A DNA stretch of 63,029 nt, the filler included, from Sphacelaria rigidula (Eukaryota), in the NCBI GenBank assembly GCA_964200075.2. It is 7 parts of 7 records of this genome, joined end to end, with 100 filler letters (N's around TTAATTAATTAA, not from the genome) between each part and the next. Parts side by side here need not be neighbours in the genome. Positions count along the whole stretch, not along the records: positions 45,095 to 54,012 come from CAXNAA020009760.1; positions 54,113 to 63,029 come from CAXNAA020009761.1; 5 more parts are not named here. One strand, given 5' to 3'. Each line of letters opens with the position of its first letter. Position 1 is the stretch's first letter. This document shows positions 47,480 through 60,831 of the stretch, in pieces. The notes beneath the pieces were generated by a model, which saw only the letters and a list, made by a program, of their open reading frames with translations, searched no databases and had not been told where the DNA came from. The translations under genes and the position numbers were made by a program.

Positions 47480-50160
47480 ATATACCTCGTTGGCAGGCGG
47501 GATGAGGCCGCGGAAACGTGACGAGACGGGGCGGACACGTCCAGTTCTAACTTCACGTCGGTTCTGTCGTCTTCAGACATTACATCATCCCCGGCGGCCA
47601 CGTGAAGTACCGGCAGCACCTGGGCCCTCTCGCGAAGCCGCTTCGTCTTCCTTTCATTGGTGATGCTACTGCTTTTCTGGTAGTCCTGCTGGAACCGCTC
47701 ATGCTGTCGCAACTGCTGAATCGCGCAGTCACTAGTTTGCTAGTTCGTATCCCCCCGAAACCTTGCGCAGGCGCAACAGTCGTTTCAATTTTGATTCTCA
47801 TGCGCATCTCTGACCCACCTAGAGCAATCCTATCTGCCGCCACCGCGCCGGGGGGTTGTTCCGAAGGGGAAGGCGACGTGGTCGTAGAATTTGCACCCCG
47901 TCGCCCAACACAGATGACACGCGAGTTGGGACGAGACTCAGCGTCACGACCATCACCATTCATGCTGGGACCGCCATTCGGTGGATAGCCAGATTTTTCA
48001 CCTCCATCGTCGATACCGACACCAGTCTCTTCCACGACCGAGCCATCACTCGCTGTTTTTTTTTCTCGGACATGTCCTGTGGGATCAGACCCTCTGACCA
48101 AGCCATATGGAGCATGATGATAAATATTTCCGTCCTCCCGAACCAGGTCAGAATGATGCAGCGAGGCGCCTTCATCGCCGTTGACGAAGGCTATCCCTGC
48201 GCTGGCGTGTGCGGCGCAAAACCCCGCATCCCTGCCACCGACTGCACCCGGTGATTGTCGGGTGGAGCAACCCTCTCTGCCGCAGCGCCGTCGTACCACA
48301 TCGACGATACCTGGACGGGCGTGTGTGGGGCAGAACTCCGTTTTTTTTGCGACCGGCTGCACCGAACAACGGTATTGCGGAGCAGCCCTCCTCGCTACAC
48401 CGCCTTCGTGCTACGTCGACCGTGCCCGCTCGGGCGTGTGCGGCGCAGAAGTCAACCTTGCTGAAAGCTCCTGCATTGACCCATGTCTAGTTCGAGTGGT
48501 CATCCTTGCCGCGCTTCTCGCTTCTCACGTGAGCCACACCTGCTCGAGCGTCTCTAGCGCAGAACTCCGCCTTCCTGCTGCCGGCTGCGCTGAACGATGC
48601 TCTTGCAGAGCAGCCCTCCTCGCCGCACCGTTTGCTTACCACATCGACCATGCCCGCTCGGACGTGTGCGGCGCGGACCTCCGCCTTCCTGCTACCGGCT
48701 GCACCGAACGGTGGGCATGTGGAGCAGCCCTTCTCCCGCTACCGGCTGCGCTGAACGATGCGCATGTGGAGCAGCCCTTCTTGCCGCACCGCCTGCTTAC
48801 CACATCGACCATGCCCGCTCGGACGTGTGCGGTACAGAACTCCGCCTTCCTGCTACCAGCTGCACCGAACGATGGATGTTTGGAGCAGCCCTCCTCGCTG
48901 CACCGTAAGCTCCTCACATGGGCCATGCCCGCTCGGGCGTGTGCGGTACAGAACTCCGCCTTCCTGCTACCAGCTGCACCGAACGATGGATGTATGGAGC
49001 AGCCGTTTTCTCCTCACATGGGCCATGCCCGCTCCGGCGTGTGCGGTACAGAACTCCGCCTTCCTGCTACGGGCTGCACCGAACGTTGCTCTTGCAGAGC
49101 AGCCCTCCTCGCACCGCTTACTCCTCACGTCGACCATGCCCGCTCCGGCGTGTGCGGCGCAGACCTCCGCCTTCCTGCTACCGGCTGCACCGAACGATGC
49201 TCTTGCAGAGCAGCCCTCCTCGCCGCACTGCTTGCTTCCCACATCGACCATGCCCACTCGGGCGTGTGCGGCGCAGAACTCGACCTTCCCGCTACTGGCG
49301 GAACCGAACGATGGTCTTGTGGAGCAGCCCTCATCGCTGCACCGCTTACTCCTCACATCGACCATGCCCGCTCGGGCGTGTGCGGTGCAGAACTCCGCCT
49401 TCCTGCTACCGGCTGCACCGAACGATGCTCTTGCAGAGCAGCCCCCCTCGCCGTACTGCTTGTTTACTACATTGACCATGCCCACTCGGGCGTGTGCGGC
49501 GCAGAACTCCGCTCTCCCGCTACTGGCTGCACCGAACGATGCTCTTGTGGAGCAGCCCTCCTCGCCGCACCGCTTACTCCTCACATCGACCATGCCCGCT
49601 CGGGCGTGTGCGGCGCAGACCTCCGTCTTCCTGCTACCGGCTGCACCAAACGATTGGTTTGCAGCAGTGCTCGTCGCCGCACTGCTTGCTTACCACGTCG
49701 ACCATGCCCGCTCGGGCGTGTGCGGCGCAGAACTCCGCCTTCCCGCTACTAACTGCACCAAACATTGCTATTGTGGAGCAGCCTTCCTCGCCGCACCGCT
49801 TGCTCCTCACATGAACCATGCCCGCTCGGGTGCGTGCGGCGTGGAACCCCGCCTTCCTGCTACCGGCTGCACCGAACGATGCTCTTGTGGAGCAGCCCTC
49901 CTTGCTGCACCGCTTACTCCTCACATTGACCGTGCCCGCTCGGGCGTGTGAGGCACAGAACCCCGCCTTCCTACTACCCACTATGCCATATAATGATTTC
50001 GTGGTGCAACTCGTGTGGGTGCACGAGCTAGGCGTCCCCTTCCCGACTGCACTGGAGAAGGTACAACGCCGCGGTCGTCCCGCTCGTGCTTCTGCTGCTG
50101 CAATCCGCACTGTTACAAACCCCTTCACGAGGACCAGTTGACCAGTCCAGCAGCACCCTG
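47480..50160 (-). pseudogene. EsV-1-7 cysteine-rich repeat protein gene with about 16 tandem 114-bp (38-aa) repeats and several frameshifts
   Basis: Repeat MVDVRSKRCGEEGCSTRASFGAAGSRKAEFCAAHARAG (C-x4-C...FC-x2-H) runs across about 48200-49990. The reading frame is broken by deletions near 49655 (2 nt), 49010 (about 14 nt) and 48730. The C-terminal region contains IKIETTV and DVKLELDVS. A putative acceptor ttgctgcag lies at about 50160. Confidence 0.85.
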
Positions 50161-53100
50161 CAGCAATCAACAAGCAAAGGTAACGTTAGGCCATGCCCAT
50201 GTGAAAGATAGGTGAACCTCATAGAAGTATCTCGGTCGCATATGGGCACGTGGGCCGGAGTGAAGTGACACATCAGCCGTGAAGTTTGCAGGCGACAGAG
50301 ACAGAGTTGCTACAGCAGGATCATCACAGAGGGGGGGGGGGGAGGGCATTCAACAAGAAGCATAGTTTCTGTACGTGTTTTCGCAGCGTGGCGGCCAAGC
50401 AAAAAAATGGAAGTCGAAGTCCGAAGATGCACAGACATCTACAGGGTCGAGGTCGCTAGTATGGCTTCGACACCGATCCGATTTGCGTGACACACGACGG
50501 GCATGCGATCATTCTGTTTTGTGCACTTCGAATCGGGGGTTTCCCAGCGGGATGAACCATCAGTTCATGTGAGTGATATTCCTCAGCAAATAAACGATTG
50601 ATGCCGAAAGCCTGTATCAGGCGGATGGTGATGTGGAGGGGGCAGCACCCGCCGATTCATCACGTTTTCAGCGTACTGTCATGTGCTGTTGGGAGACACC
50701 ACCTCAACCCGTGTGGGTACGCAAAGGGGGCTCTACGCTAGTTTTTTTTGTTTTCCTCGATGGAAGGAGGAAACCCAACCTAACACTTACCCCGCTAGCG
50801 ATCGCAGCCGATCGCTAGCGAGTTCGTGTGCCGATTACCCGAAGGCTCGGCTAAATCACCCCTCGGCAGTCATGTGGGGAAGGTGCCTCGAGTGGTGGCT
50901 CAAGGCGGTGTAGGAGATGTTCCCACTAAAATTCCCCCCTTAACATGGCGTAGTACACGCACCGCCCTGCTCTCAAGAGCTTCGGTCCTAGCTTACGCTA
51001 CGTGTGGCGGCGGTGGCCACTTGCAGGGCGATTGTGCATTCTAATGCACACGCCATACGACACTAGCCACGCGGCAAGATGACGGCCAGCTGTGCCTACA
51101 TCAATCGCCCCTGTCACTACCTGCTGAAGCAAGACACACCCTCGAACTAGGGAGGATCGTGGAAACGCACCCCTCTCAGAAAATGGCGTTACTCCGTTGA
51201 TGCCTCCTTGCCTGGAGCGTGTAATCACTGATACCTGAAACTCATTTACTGGACGGGATGGACGCAAAGGAGCTCGCGGATTGTTGGGCTTGGAAATACT
51301 CCAATGCGTCACGTCGATATAGCAACACGCACTCTTGCACATACTCTCACCAACCGGCATCCCGCGGCACAAGCCATTGGGGTGACACGAGACAGGGCTT
51401 ATGGACGGGCCATGCGGTGAACGTGCGGGGGTGTGGATCTCCAGGGACTCGAATAGCCGTGGTCCGTGCGTCCAATTTCCGCGTGGTGTAGTTTGGAAGA
51501 ACAGGGCTTTCTGTAATTGGTACTCACGCTGCTCTGGGGGGACAGCTTTTTCGTGTGTGCATACGCAAGGCACAACCGACCTGCTCGTGGTATCGTCGCT
51601 TCGGATGCAATACCATAGCGTGCCGTAATTGTTCAAAGGCGGAGTTTCGTAGGTAACATGCATCCGGAAAATGCAGGCTATCGGTGCCCCCCATATCTGG
51701 GTTACAGCTGGAGTGACGTTCAGGGCAGTGTAACGTGTCTCGAAGATGAGTGCGCAGAGTTGCCAGTGCAGAAACACGCTGTGGTGGATGTAGTCCGTTA
51801 CAAGAAAGTTACAAATTCAACAGTATTTCGTCGTTGTTGAGACTACTATAGAGTAAGACGAAACGGGTGTGCTGAAGAGGAACGCGTGTCGTGAAATATC
51901 GAGAACGAAGCAATAATCGTATCAAGTTACGTGTAGGAATCGACATGACACCAAGATGATCTGAGCTGCTTTGGGGGACACGCACACGAAAGCTGTTACC
52001 TTGAGAAAGGAGGGTCAGGCGTGAACAACAGGTGGAGAACAAGTGTACACGTGAGGACAAAGCTCCAGAAACAGCTGCAGGAAGATGCAAAAGCCAACGT
52101 ATTGACAAACACGGCACAAACTGCCATAGCGGATTTCACGACACACGAATATGGTGCTACAACTATTTAGCCGATGGCTGAAGTGAGCCTTGGAGTGGAA
52201 GTTCAACCAAGATAATACGAACAAGGCAAAGCTCTTTCCCCAGAATGTGTTCCGCAGTATAATCAACGTGTGCTTGGTTTACGCACAGATATGCAAATCT
52301 AACACTATTCCCACACCGCGGAAACGGAAATTTGTACGCCCCGTTCACAATTTTCAACCGTACCGCGAATCTCTTTTGCCGTGTCGTGCCGTATCGTTAA
52401 ACAGATTATGCGTACCACGTAAAACCGTGCCGCGACAGTGCAGATACCGTTAATAAACGGGTTCCCACAATGAGCTCACCATAACAAATCCGCGGCAATC
52501 GTACTATGTGTAGCCCAATGTGCAAATTGCCCCACTTCTCGGAGTAATATTTGTTGTCTTCAAGGTCCTTGCTATTAAGGCCGCTTCCTTTAATGCGACG
52601 ACTAAGCAAAAGGTCGACCAGTGACAGTCTTCCAAAAACAGCAGTTTTCGAAACCGTTTTGTACACCTCCGAAAACAAGTTGGTGCGTATGCCCGCCCAC
52701 CGTGATACTTGAAATGAACAACTTGGTGTGCGAAACAGCGGCCGCTGAACTGTCCGTTTTCCACAGATATGAACTATACTGCCCCATCTGCACGGCAGCA
52801 CTGCACGTACCCTGCAGTATGCTGCTGCCGTTGTGCCGCATGCACACACTTAACAACTATGTGCCACACCTGTGGGAACCGGATGTACAGTTGCACAGCG
52901 GCACGGGTGGCAATTTATCGTTGCTGCATCGTACACTGTGCTCTCTGTTCTCGACGTGAGCCGCCGTATCTTCATGTATGATCTGCACAGCTGGCCGCAC
53001 CATGCCTGATGGGGGCGTTTTCGTGCTCTCCCGGGTCGACAAACGTCGATTTTTTCGATAACAGGCGTTTCCCTCAACCCAATGGGGGCGAAAAGCATCT

Positions 53101-56100
53101 ATTGGGGGCAATCCTCATCCGGAGACGTTATTTCTTTGTCTCTGAAAAGCCCCATGGACACTGATCTAGCAACATCTGAATCAATCCCCGGAAACACGTT
53201 CTTCAGACGGATGTTTTTGAATCAGAAGGAGCAGACTTGGAAGCGGTTGTTCAATAATAGTGTGTGCGCGTGTTTTTTCCTCGTATGATACCACGGGTCT
53301 CAGCAAGGACTAATCAAGCATCTAGTGAAAAAGAAAACAAATGTGTGAAGGAAATCGCCAACGTGCAACGGGGGAAAAGCTGGCGACGTGGTGGAGCTTC
53401 TTGTTTGCACCTCGTTAAAACAATGTTCTCGTGTGATGGAGAGGAGAGGATGCGATTGAGAGTGAGAAGCGGTCAACTAATAAATGAGTAGTTTCAGTTC
53501 CGAAATGTCCCTCCACGAGGCCCGACACGGTTCCTGCAGTAGCTTGCGACTGCAGCCTTTAATATTCCCGAGTAGAATATCGACGTGTAGCTGTAAGCAC
53601 ACGCCAGTGTTGCAGGCAAGCAAACACACACGGAGAATGAAAAGTTGGTCAAGTTGAAGCGAGGGATGGAACCAAATCTCAATCTCTACCCTCAATCCCA
53701 CGAGACATTGTTTAAGCGCAATAGCCTTTAGTCCGTTTGAGGAATCGTTTCTACGACTTCCGCCTCGCTTTACAGACCGCACAAAAGTACAGGGCGTGGT
53801 ATTGTGTGGCGATAGTAGAAGAGTATAATGTCGTGTTCGGTGTGGTGTGGTGAGCCAGGCAACGTCAGTATTATGCAAATGGTGTTCGCAATTTTCGGCT
53901 CCAGTTGGTTTTCTTTCTTGATTGATTGATTGCCGCACTTAACAGCGAATCATCTATATTGAGGATGGTGCTTTTTGTTGAGGATGAAACACAGTCGGAA
54001 AAACTTCGCGCANNNNNNNNNNNNNNNNNNNNNNNNNNNNNNNNNNNNNNNNNNNNTTAATTAATTAANNNNNNNNNNNNNNNNNNNNNNNNNNNNNNNN
54101 NNNNNNNNNNNNGAAGGCCGTGTCTCAACGAGACCAAAAAAAAGGGGGGGGGGGGGGGAGGACCAGGCGTCCAAAAGCAGCATGTTGACTAGTCGGGGGA
54201 ACCGTAGACCCGGCCGGGGATTAATCAACACGATGCCTTTTGGCGCCTGTTCCTTTTCTCGCTTTTTTTCTGATGTCGATCAGACACAACAACCTCTTCG
54301 CAGCTTTGGAGCTGTCGACGTGTCCTGCATTCTGCGACAAGGGGGAAAGAAACCGAGTGTTACGCGTTAAGATGGCGCAAATAATCACTGAGCTACGCAG
54401 TCAGCGTGACCGCAGCGTGACCGCTTTGCTCGAGGTGGTAGCATCACCTCTTCTTGACAAAAGTTAATCCCGGTGTCCGCCCGAGCTGGTAAGATCATAA
54501 TACTTCGAACCCCCTTTTTCGCCCAAGGGTTCTCATCCCCGTAACCAACGCTGCTAACCGTAGGGTTCATTGTTACTATCCTGGCTTCTCTTCGACCACA
54601 TAAATCGGCCAAGAACGATCGTAGAAAGAATCAAGCCCCGGGGACATCTGAAAAAGAGATGGCATAACAACAACACGTCGGACAGCTCATGATGAGCTGC
54701 GTAAAATAATTAGTCGAAGAGGACTCTCACGTCCGTTGCCCAACAACACAAAATACGTGGGGGCGGGGTTCGAGAAGCCAGAGCGCTAGTATCGTGCCAC
54801 TCCGCGTGCTCAACGTCCAGCGCTGTAGAGAGTAAACATGGAAAGCGGGGACGAATGAGCTAGCTCATGATCCGGATCAGCACACTAATAAGAAGTAATA
54901 ATGCTGAGATAGCTTCCAAGCTGTGCGACGTGTCATGGCAAGGTTGGTTCCACACTGTGCCACACAGTTCCCTTCTACAGTGTCTCCCTACACTGGTCCA
55001 CTGCCTGTTTTCCCCAGAACGAACCTAGCAGCTCAGAACTTGCTCAAAACTACTGGCTGTAACATGATAGCCATATAGGTGGGCTCTTCACGAAAGCACA
55101 ACATGTGTATCCATCGTATGTGCACTAGAGCACAGTCAGAGGCGACAAATGATACACGGGGGGGGGGGGAGGTAGCGGCGGGGAGGGGACAGCTCTCGCT
55201 GATACTTGAACAAGATGATTATCTCAAAACACCCTGGTGCCCTCTACACAAACTAGATATGTTTGCAGCTGCAACATGAACTGTGCGCATGGTTTATTCA
55301 TGCCGTGTTTTGGTCCGGCCGGGTTCTGTGTTTGCTTACCTCATCATGCTTGCCTCGGCATTGATCACCATCAAGAGGCACAGAAGAACATGTGTAATCC
55401 ATCCAGCTGATGTCCCTGCGATATACATGCTGCTGCCACCCCGATGTGCTGTACCTAAGCTGCAATGTGGTCCAGGACCAAGAGGAAGAGCCGGGAGCAA
55501 TGTCGGAGTGCGCTTTGTGGGATTGTGTAGTCAGGCACCTCTCCGAATAGCAGCAACAACACGCGTTCAGAGAAATGGCCGTGGGGAGGTCAAACAAAGT
55601 GGCTTGAGGAGTTCAAAAATCATGAAAGCGATCTTTCGGTTACATTTCGTTCTGTTCCATGTTTTACTCTGAATTTGATCATATCTGAGCAGGTCACGAA
55701 CAACCAGGTGCGGCTCTGCTGTTCCGCAATACCAAAGCCGGAGGTCTCGGCACAGATTCCTATAGAATATCAGGTGGATTTTCGTTGTCTATCACGAGGC
55801 GTATGTGATGTATATAGTGCTGAGCGACTGTACAGCAAGCACAGCAAGATACGACGAGCGTTGTTTGATGTCCCGATTTAGTGTCACGTATGTTACCACC
55901 CTCTGAAAAGGAACCGAGGTGGACATCAATGAAATCGAAAAAGGATTCAATATTGTAAAAAATTGCTTAGATATATTGATGAAATATATGGAGATGTCCA
56001 AAACGAGTGTTGGTGACATTCCACGCGAGTTCCACGAACAATAACGCGCAAAGTGCCGATGGATATATATTCCAAAGGCTTGGAAAAGGCAAATACGGTA

Positions 56101-56398
56101 CGGACAATTAACTGACATTCCCTAAAGTCATGTTCCATCCTGGATCTTGACAACCGAGACCGCCAGACCTTGCTCTGGACGTAACGCGACCGCCGATGCA
56201 TTGCCATCGCAAACACGAACAGAGCTTGCTAGCAGCCATCATTGAGCCTCGTGAACGAGCCCATAGCCTCAGGCAATGATGGGATTTTTGCTGGTTGCGG
56301 TTTCGTGTGTCAACGTCATGCCAGCACCTGAGGACCAGCTTCTGAGATTTTGTCTCACATCATGCGCAACGGTGTCGGGAGCGACCATGTCATGCGTA

Positions 56399-58337
56399 CG
56401 AGCTAGGGCAACCTAGGAGCGAATCTATAAAGTACAGCATTCCATACCCTGCACAAGATGTGGTTAATAAATGCAATAGACAAACGTGTGCTGGGTTCAG
56501 TATAGTCCTGTACTTCACGCAGTACGTTTCTGCCTATCGCAACAACTGTCGCTCATCATGTATTGTCCTGTGTGTGCAGCACTCTTACTTAACTTTGAGA
56601 GTTCGACTTTCAAATCGGTACGAATGGAGAGTCAGCGCGGCATACATAAAATAAAAAATCTGGGACGTCGACATATATGTAAATCCTCCCAAGTTAAGGG
56701 CAATAACAAGATTCAGTATTCAGTGAAGCGTCCGTAAGTCATGAAAAAACAAGGAATCCCGACGTCCTAAAGCTCATATGTTGATTATGCCCTGATGATT
56801 CTCGGTTTCAGATTCAAAAGTCCAACTCTCAAACTTAAGATGAGAATGGGCGATTTAGAACCTGGGCCGGTTGAGATTCGGAACAGTATTTTGTACGCCA
56901 TTCACCAGCCCAGTTGTGCTTCATGTACGTTAGCATTTTGACTGGAGAATCGTAAGGGCGGAATGAAAAAATGGGACATGCTGTTTTTTCTTTTCATGAT
57001 TCATGGATTCTTAGTGTGATCACGACCAATTTTCCACGATAACGTCATTTGCTCTCTCACGAAAGATGAAATGAAGTCCCACTCTTTCTCTACTTTCAGT
57101 ATGCTCTTGTGATTCTCCCCCCAAAAATTCAACGCGCAACTCTAAAAATCAAGCACCGAAAACAAAGGCTACTTTACACTCAAGAACAGTATCTCAAGGA
57201 GCTGAAGGTTTTGTTTTCAGTTGAAGGTTTTTCCTTCTTCATGTACAAGTATGCTCTTGCGATTCTCCACATCAGATTTCAAAGCAAAATCACAACCTTG
57301 AAAAATACGAGAAATCCAGATGTAATGTATTTAGTGCCGTTGCTCGTGATATAATAGTGAGTTCAGTATAGGAGATTATGTGCGCCATATCTGAGTGATG
57401 CTACGGTAGGGGTGCACATATTTTTCTGAGGTTAGAATTGTTAGGAAACATTTATCTCGTGCAAAACACGACGTATGAAAATATGTGAAAGTACGTCAGG
57501 ATTACTATTCCAATGTGCTGGGTATATCCCGAATGAATTTGCAAACGGGGATGCCCTCATCCATATTTTTGTGCATCTAGAACCGTTAGGAGCCCCTGAA
57601 CTAGACATAACTTCGCCAAAAAAGTGCACCCCAACCGTAGCATTACTCATCTGCAGATAGAAGACGAGTTAGGTGAAGATGACGGCATCGAACATTTCCC
57701 CGTGCTCCAGAGAAAGTTTACACCGGAAATTCGATATCATCCGCAGTAAATATCGTTTGGGGTTTCACATGGACTTTAGGATACACCCTATCTCAGTATG
57801 GTACAGGAATTACTCGACATGGCGTTTAGTCAAGGAGAAAAAAGTGGTGCAGGCTTCTGCGCAGACGGGGCATTTCCCCCATTATTATTAGGCGATCAAG
57901 AGTGAGGCCGCGATAGTCCCCCCCCTCGTCCGGCGATAACCCGGCATCCTCCGTCCCGGCTTCGTAGCGATGCGAGGTCAACGGTCAAAGGGCTTTGGCA
58001 TGCAAGATCATGAGTACACCCCCCAAACCAGCCCCAAAACTGTCACGAAGAAAAATGTCCATATAGCACATGATGGCTGGTTTCAGACTTTGTGGAGCGC
58101 CTCATGTGGACGACATTGACGGGAACGATCCCAAGCATGGGGGGTCCCAGCTGCTCGGTGTGCTCGGCCTTTTTCATTCTGATTCACATGTGGATTTGGC
58201 TTGCCAACCCCGTCACTTTCCTTTGGGGGCTATCGCGGCATCAGTCTCGATAAAATATGCGGATCACGGTCTAGTTCGTCTTTGTCGATGAAATATGCTT
58301 CTGAGAACTTGAATCCGTTTGAGGCTGACCCAGCACG
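56399..58337. mobile_element. Second full-length family A element (opposite orientation) with nested insertions
   Basis: TA|CGAGCTAGGGCAACCTAGG at 56399 and GAGGCTGACCCAGCACG|TA at 58337. 57680-57890 and 58255-58337 match 28084-28400 in reverse complement. Confidence 0.75.
57393..57648. mobile_element. 256-bp MITE with GAG...CTC ends and 4-bp TSD (ATCT), Sola-like
   Basis: TIR GAGTGATGCTACGGTAGGGGTGCAC / GTGCACCCCAACCGTAGCATTACTC, with ATCT at 57389-57392 and at 57649-57652. Confidence 0.85.
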
Positions 58338-60218
58338 TATGAAAGAAGGCATCACAGTCGACGAGAGAAAGGGACCGCCGAACCCTTTCCGCGATAACAA
58401 TGAAGGCAAGCACCGCAGAACAGAGGTAGGGAAAATCCTGCATGTGCTGACCTTCTTCCTGTGTGACCCCGGCTGATGCGCTCACAACACATACCGAGCG
58501 GTGTACACTAGCATCGAGGACATGGGATGACAACACACACAAACATACACACACATCTAGAACGTGTGATGTTCACTTTCCCTACTCACCTCGGGGGCAC
58601 AAACACACATGATCGCCGGTGGCGAGGCATACTACATCATGATTGTCATCATCACAGACAGTTCCGCGTGTGACCCTGCTGCAAACCCAAGTAGGTCGGT
58701 CTTCCGTCGTCTGAAGTCGGGTAATATTGGATTGATATCTGCACAATGACTGGCACAGAGTCAGTGCAGTCGGGAGCAGTTGCACGGCATTATCTGGATA
58801 CCACCCCCCAGACAGACTGAATTTCAACTTTCCAGGCTAGGTTGTGTTCAAATTTACGGAGAGCCACTGGATAGCTCCGAAAATCCATGTCAAGTGCCAT
58901 ACACAAGCTGGGGCAAACGTGGTTGATTATTTCGACTACTGTACCATAGTGAACAACCCGATACATGTGCCAGTCAAATTTCGTCAGCAAGTCAATTCGA
59001 AAAAAAAACGGAGCAAAAGTTTTTTTTTGTAAGGAATATCACCCTGGAATTGCTATATGGGATACACCGCGCAACCCCCCTTACACCCCCTTACAGGACA
59101 AGAGCTGGCGACGAGAGTAGTACAACGACGCCCATCCGAGATTAAAAATCCAACCTTAACGTAGGTGTCCGATAGTGGAAAATATACGCATCACACTGAT
59201 GAAAATAGCTGTCGACATCCACATCTAACCCGCTAGTTCTTGTCCCCACGCTCAGTCTGCAAGCAGATTCCAACATCAAATACAGAACCAAAACCAAGCA
59301 GGTCGTGACCCTCCAACTACTGAGAACAACTACGAGTAGGTTCGGTATCATGCTGGACAAGAAGTGAAAATTGGCGTCAGAATGAAACCAACCTGTCACT
59401 TAAACTATAATTAGACAAGGCAGTTTGTCGTCTGATACTGAAACCAGGTAATATTCTCACCCCACAAAGCTCTTCATCTGTAGTACAATAGGTCGTGACA
59501 CACCAAAATATGACCAAGTAAGAGATACCAAATATCGGAGAAAAACGTCACGCACGTGGAGGGCACATGATATTCGCTCGATATCACCCACCCCCGCACA
59601 TGCTCGCACTCCAAATCCACCAAGTGTCAGCCTCCGAGACTGACACGTCTTAGTTTCAGTCCATGTGCAACCCCAACCCCAACACGACTACGGCATGTTC
59701 GCCTTCACGTCACGGACAAAAGAACGACCAGCCGTCAGGCGAACATGCGCTAGGCAGTGCTGCCCACCGCACGCTCATGTGGTGACGACTACATGCACAC
59801 TACCCACACTCCACATCTGGTCGCCTCACATGCCCCCCGCACACTCGCAGCTGACAAGTCACGATGCTCTGTTGTCCTGATAGCGTGTGGTAAATTTTTG
59901 GTGGTACAAAACATTACAGGGGTTGGTACAGGGATAAAAGCCTCGACCAATCTGCTGCGAAGAAATCCTCGACATTCAAGGAAGAAACCAGGAGCAAACA
60001 GAGCTATCGCGAGAGAGAAAAAGAGAGGGAAAGAGAGGGGAAGAGAAGGAGATAGCAGGATGGTGGTAGCCAACCCAATCGACCACCTCGATGAAAACCC
60101 TTCTGCCGTCACGAACGCAATCATCGACGAGTGTTCCCTCATCAACAAGAGAGAAAACAGGGCGGCGACGGAAAACACAATCGACCCCAGCCGGTACGAG
60201 AGTAACATACGAGTACAT

Positions 60219-60371
60219 CTAGGGGCTCTTCTCCAAAAGGTCAACAACGTGGCATGCCATGGCCCGCCCCTCCCCCACAGCGTCGACTTTCTCGTGTGTT
60301 CGAGCCTCGACGTTGACCCTCCCTGCCGTTGCGCGCAAGAGACGCACGATATTGCCCGCACCTGTCATCAC
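60219..60371 (-). CDS. ispF: Terminal exon similar to IspF/MDS (2-C-methyl-D-erythritol 2,4-cyclodiphosphate synthase); possibly a degenerate copy
   Basis: After the acceptor cttctgttcag the exon reads VMTGAGNIVRLLRATAGRVNVEARTHEKVDAVGEGRAMACHVVDLLEKSP*. This matches the plastid MDS C-terminus VNLKAKTHEKVDSLGE.R.IA.H.VVLL. The frame is not in the ORF track. Confidence 0.75.
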   Translation of the reverse strand: MMTGAGNIVRLLRATAGRVNVEARTHEKVDAVGEGRAMACHVVDLLEKSP

Positions 60372-60831
60372 CTGAACAGAAGCAGAGGTGAATCCGATAG
60401 GGAAGGCACAGGCGCATGCTTACCCGACAGCTCATGACGGCAACTGATGAGCTGAGACCACTGTAGTGCTTGCCCCACGAGAAGCGATAGTTTCAGGGGA
60501 ATGACTCGGGGTTTCTTCAGACAGATTTTGAGACAGGTGATCATACATCCTTTCTTGTGAGGCATACATTTCGTCCGATGGAAATTAATTTTGGAGAAAA
60601 TACTCATATATAACGGAGACCCCATCTTGAATGAGAACTCGCTGTTCCCACTGCCGTACACAAACCGAGGAGTATCGCAATAAAAAAACTCAGAGAACAA
60701 ACTTCACAATAACAGGGCATGACATTTTTTACACAAGCTATATTTTCCTAACCCCTCATGAAGCGGCTTACCTGTGCGATAATGGCGTACGTATTCCAGA
60801 GGCCATATTGAGTACTTCCCATAAACTTGGA

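Noticed and set aside
48181..49951. Long + strand ORFs (523 aa and 397 aa)
   Set aside because: They are antisense shadows of the EsV-1-7 repeat, whose reverse complement lacks stops in these frames. The recognisable motif is on the minus strand.
48200..49990. Regular repeats as a CRISPR-like array
   Set aside because: The units are contiguous 114-bp coding repeats with no unique spacers, there are no cas genes, and the context is eukaryotic.
59757..60437. 226-aa (+) and 190-aa (-) ORFs
   Set aside because: They overlap the IspF-like exon and its GA-rich 3' region in the wrong strand or frame, and show no motifs.
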